From: an uncultured Verrucomicrobiae bacterium
GTDB lineage: Bacteria; Verrucomicrobiota; Verrucomicrobiia; Chthoniobacterales; UBA10450
Assembly: GCA_963815455.1 (NCBI GenBank)
Contig: CAWFGO010000001.1
Span: forward strand, 800,001 to 864,000
DNA length: 64,000 nt
Direction of reading: 5' to 3'
Position 1 is the stretch's first letter; every line of letters begins with the position of its first letter. The notes under the pieces were generated by a model that worked only from the letters and a program-made list of their open reading frames with translations, searched no databases and was not told the DNA's origin. Made by a program: the position numbers and the translations under genes. Positions 63,736 to 64,000 of this stretch are shown here, piece by piece.

Positions 63736-64000
63736 TTAAATCACGCCCGAAGACGGTTGGGCCGATTCCTTCCCGGGCCGGATCGGCGCGATCTTGACCA
63801 CGTTCTCCGGATCGTAATCGATCAACTTTAACCAATCCTCGGTGACATCGCTCGGCGGGAAAATATCGTTCTCGATATATTCGGCATCAAAGGCCACACG
63901 CAAATCGTTTTCGGTAATGCCTTCCTCCATTCCGCTGGCGATCGAGCGCTTAATCGCCGCCGCTTTTGCCCGTTCCACAATCGAGGCGATGATCGCGCCG
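63736..64000 (-). CDS. arc: Proteasome-associated AAA ATPase ARC/Mpa, C-terminal fragment
   Basis: GAIIASIVERAKAAAIKR...EYIENDIFP...EDW; upstream of dop; only the last 88 residues or so are visible. Confidence 0.7.
   Translation of the reverse strand, partial: GAIIASIVERAKAAAIKRSIASGMEEGITENDLRVAFDAEYIENDIFPPSDVTEDWLKLIDYDPENVVKIAPIRPGKESAQPSSGVI

Overview
64-kb GC-rich bacterial chromosomal segment. It is inferred to come from a soil Verrucomicrobiota (Spartobacteria/Chthoniobacterales-like) genome, based on protein families, the 'SAFFNLRVL' signal peptide with a C-terminal dockerin-like domain, and the repeat types. It is mostly housekeeping: putA C-terminus, proS, frr, pyrH, fmt, adk, rplU/rpmA, rsmI, rplM/rpsI, acnA, ddl, infA, deoC, pilT/pilU, creD, aat, guaA, rnpB and tRNA-His/Arg/Phe. 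It also carries two small toxin-antitoxin pairs, a cyclase-STAND-TPR protein, a CbiX/DR2241 cluster and part of a Pup/UBact-proteasome locus (arc, dop). Many genes, including essential ones, have single-base frameshifts that are best explained as sequencing or assembly indels. The most striking signal is a set of miniature palindromic elements. A REP-associated tyrosine transposase (RAYT) sits between arc and dop, and an exact 28-nt copy of its flanking REP lies inside the RNase P RNA. That RNA is enlarged to about 514 nt and carries nested elements. Other palindromic or heptamer repeats are inserted in frame inside proteins (CbiX-like, Dop, SpmAB, AcnA), and several elements are nested within one another.
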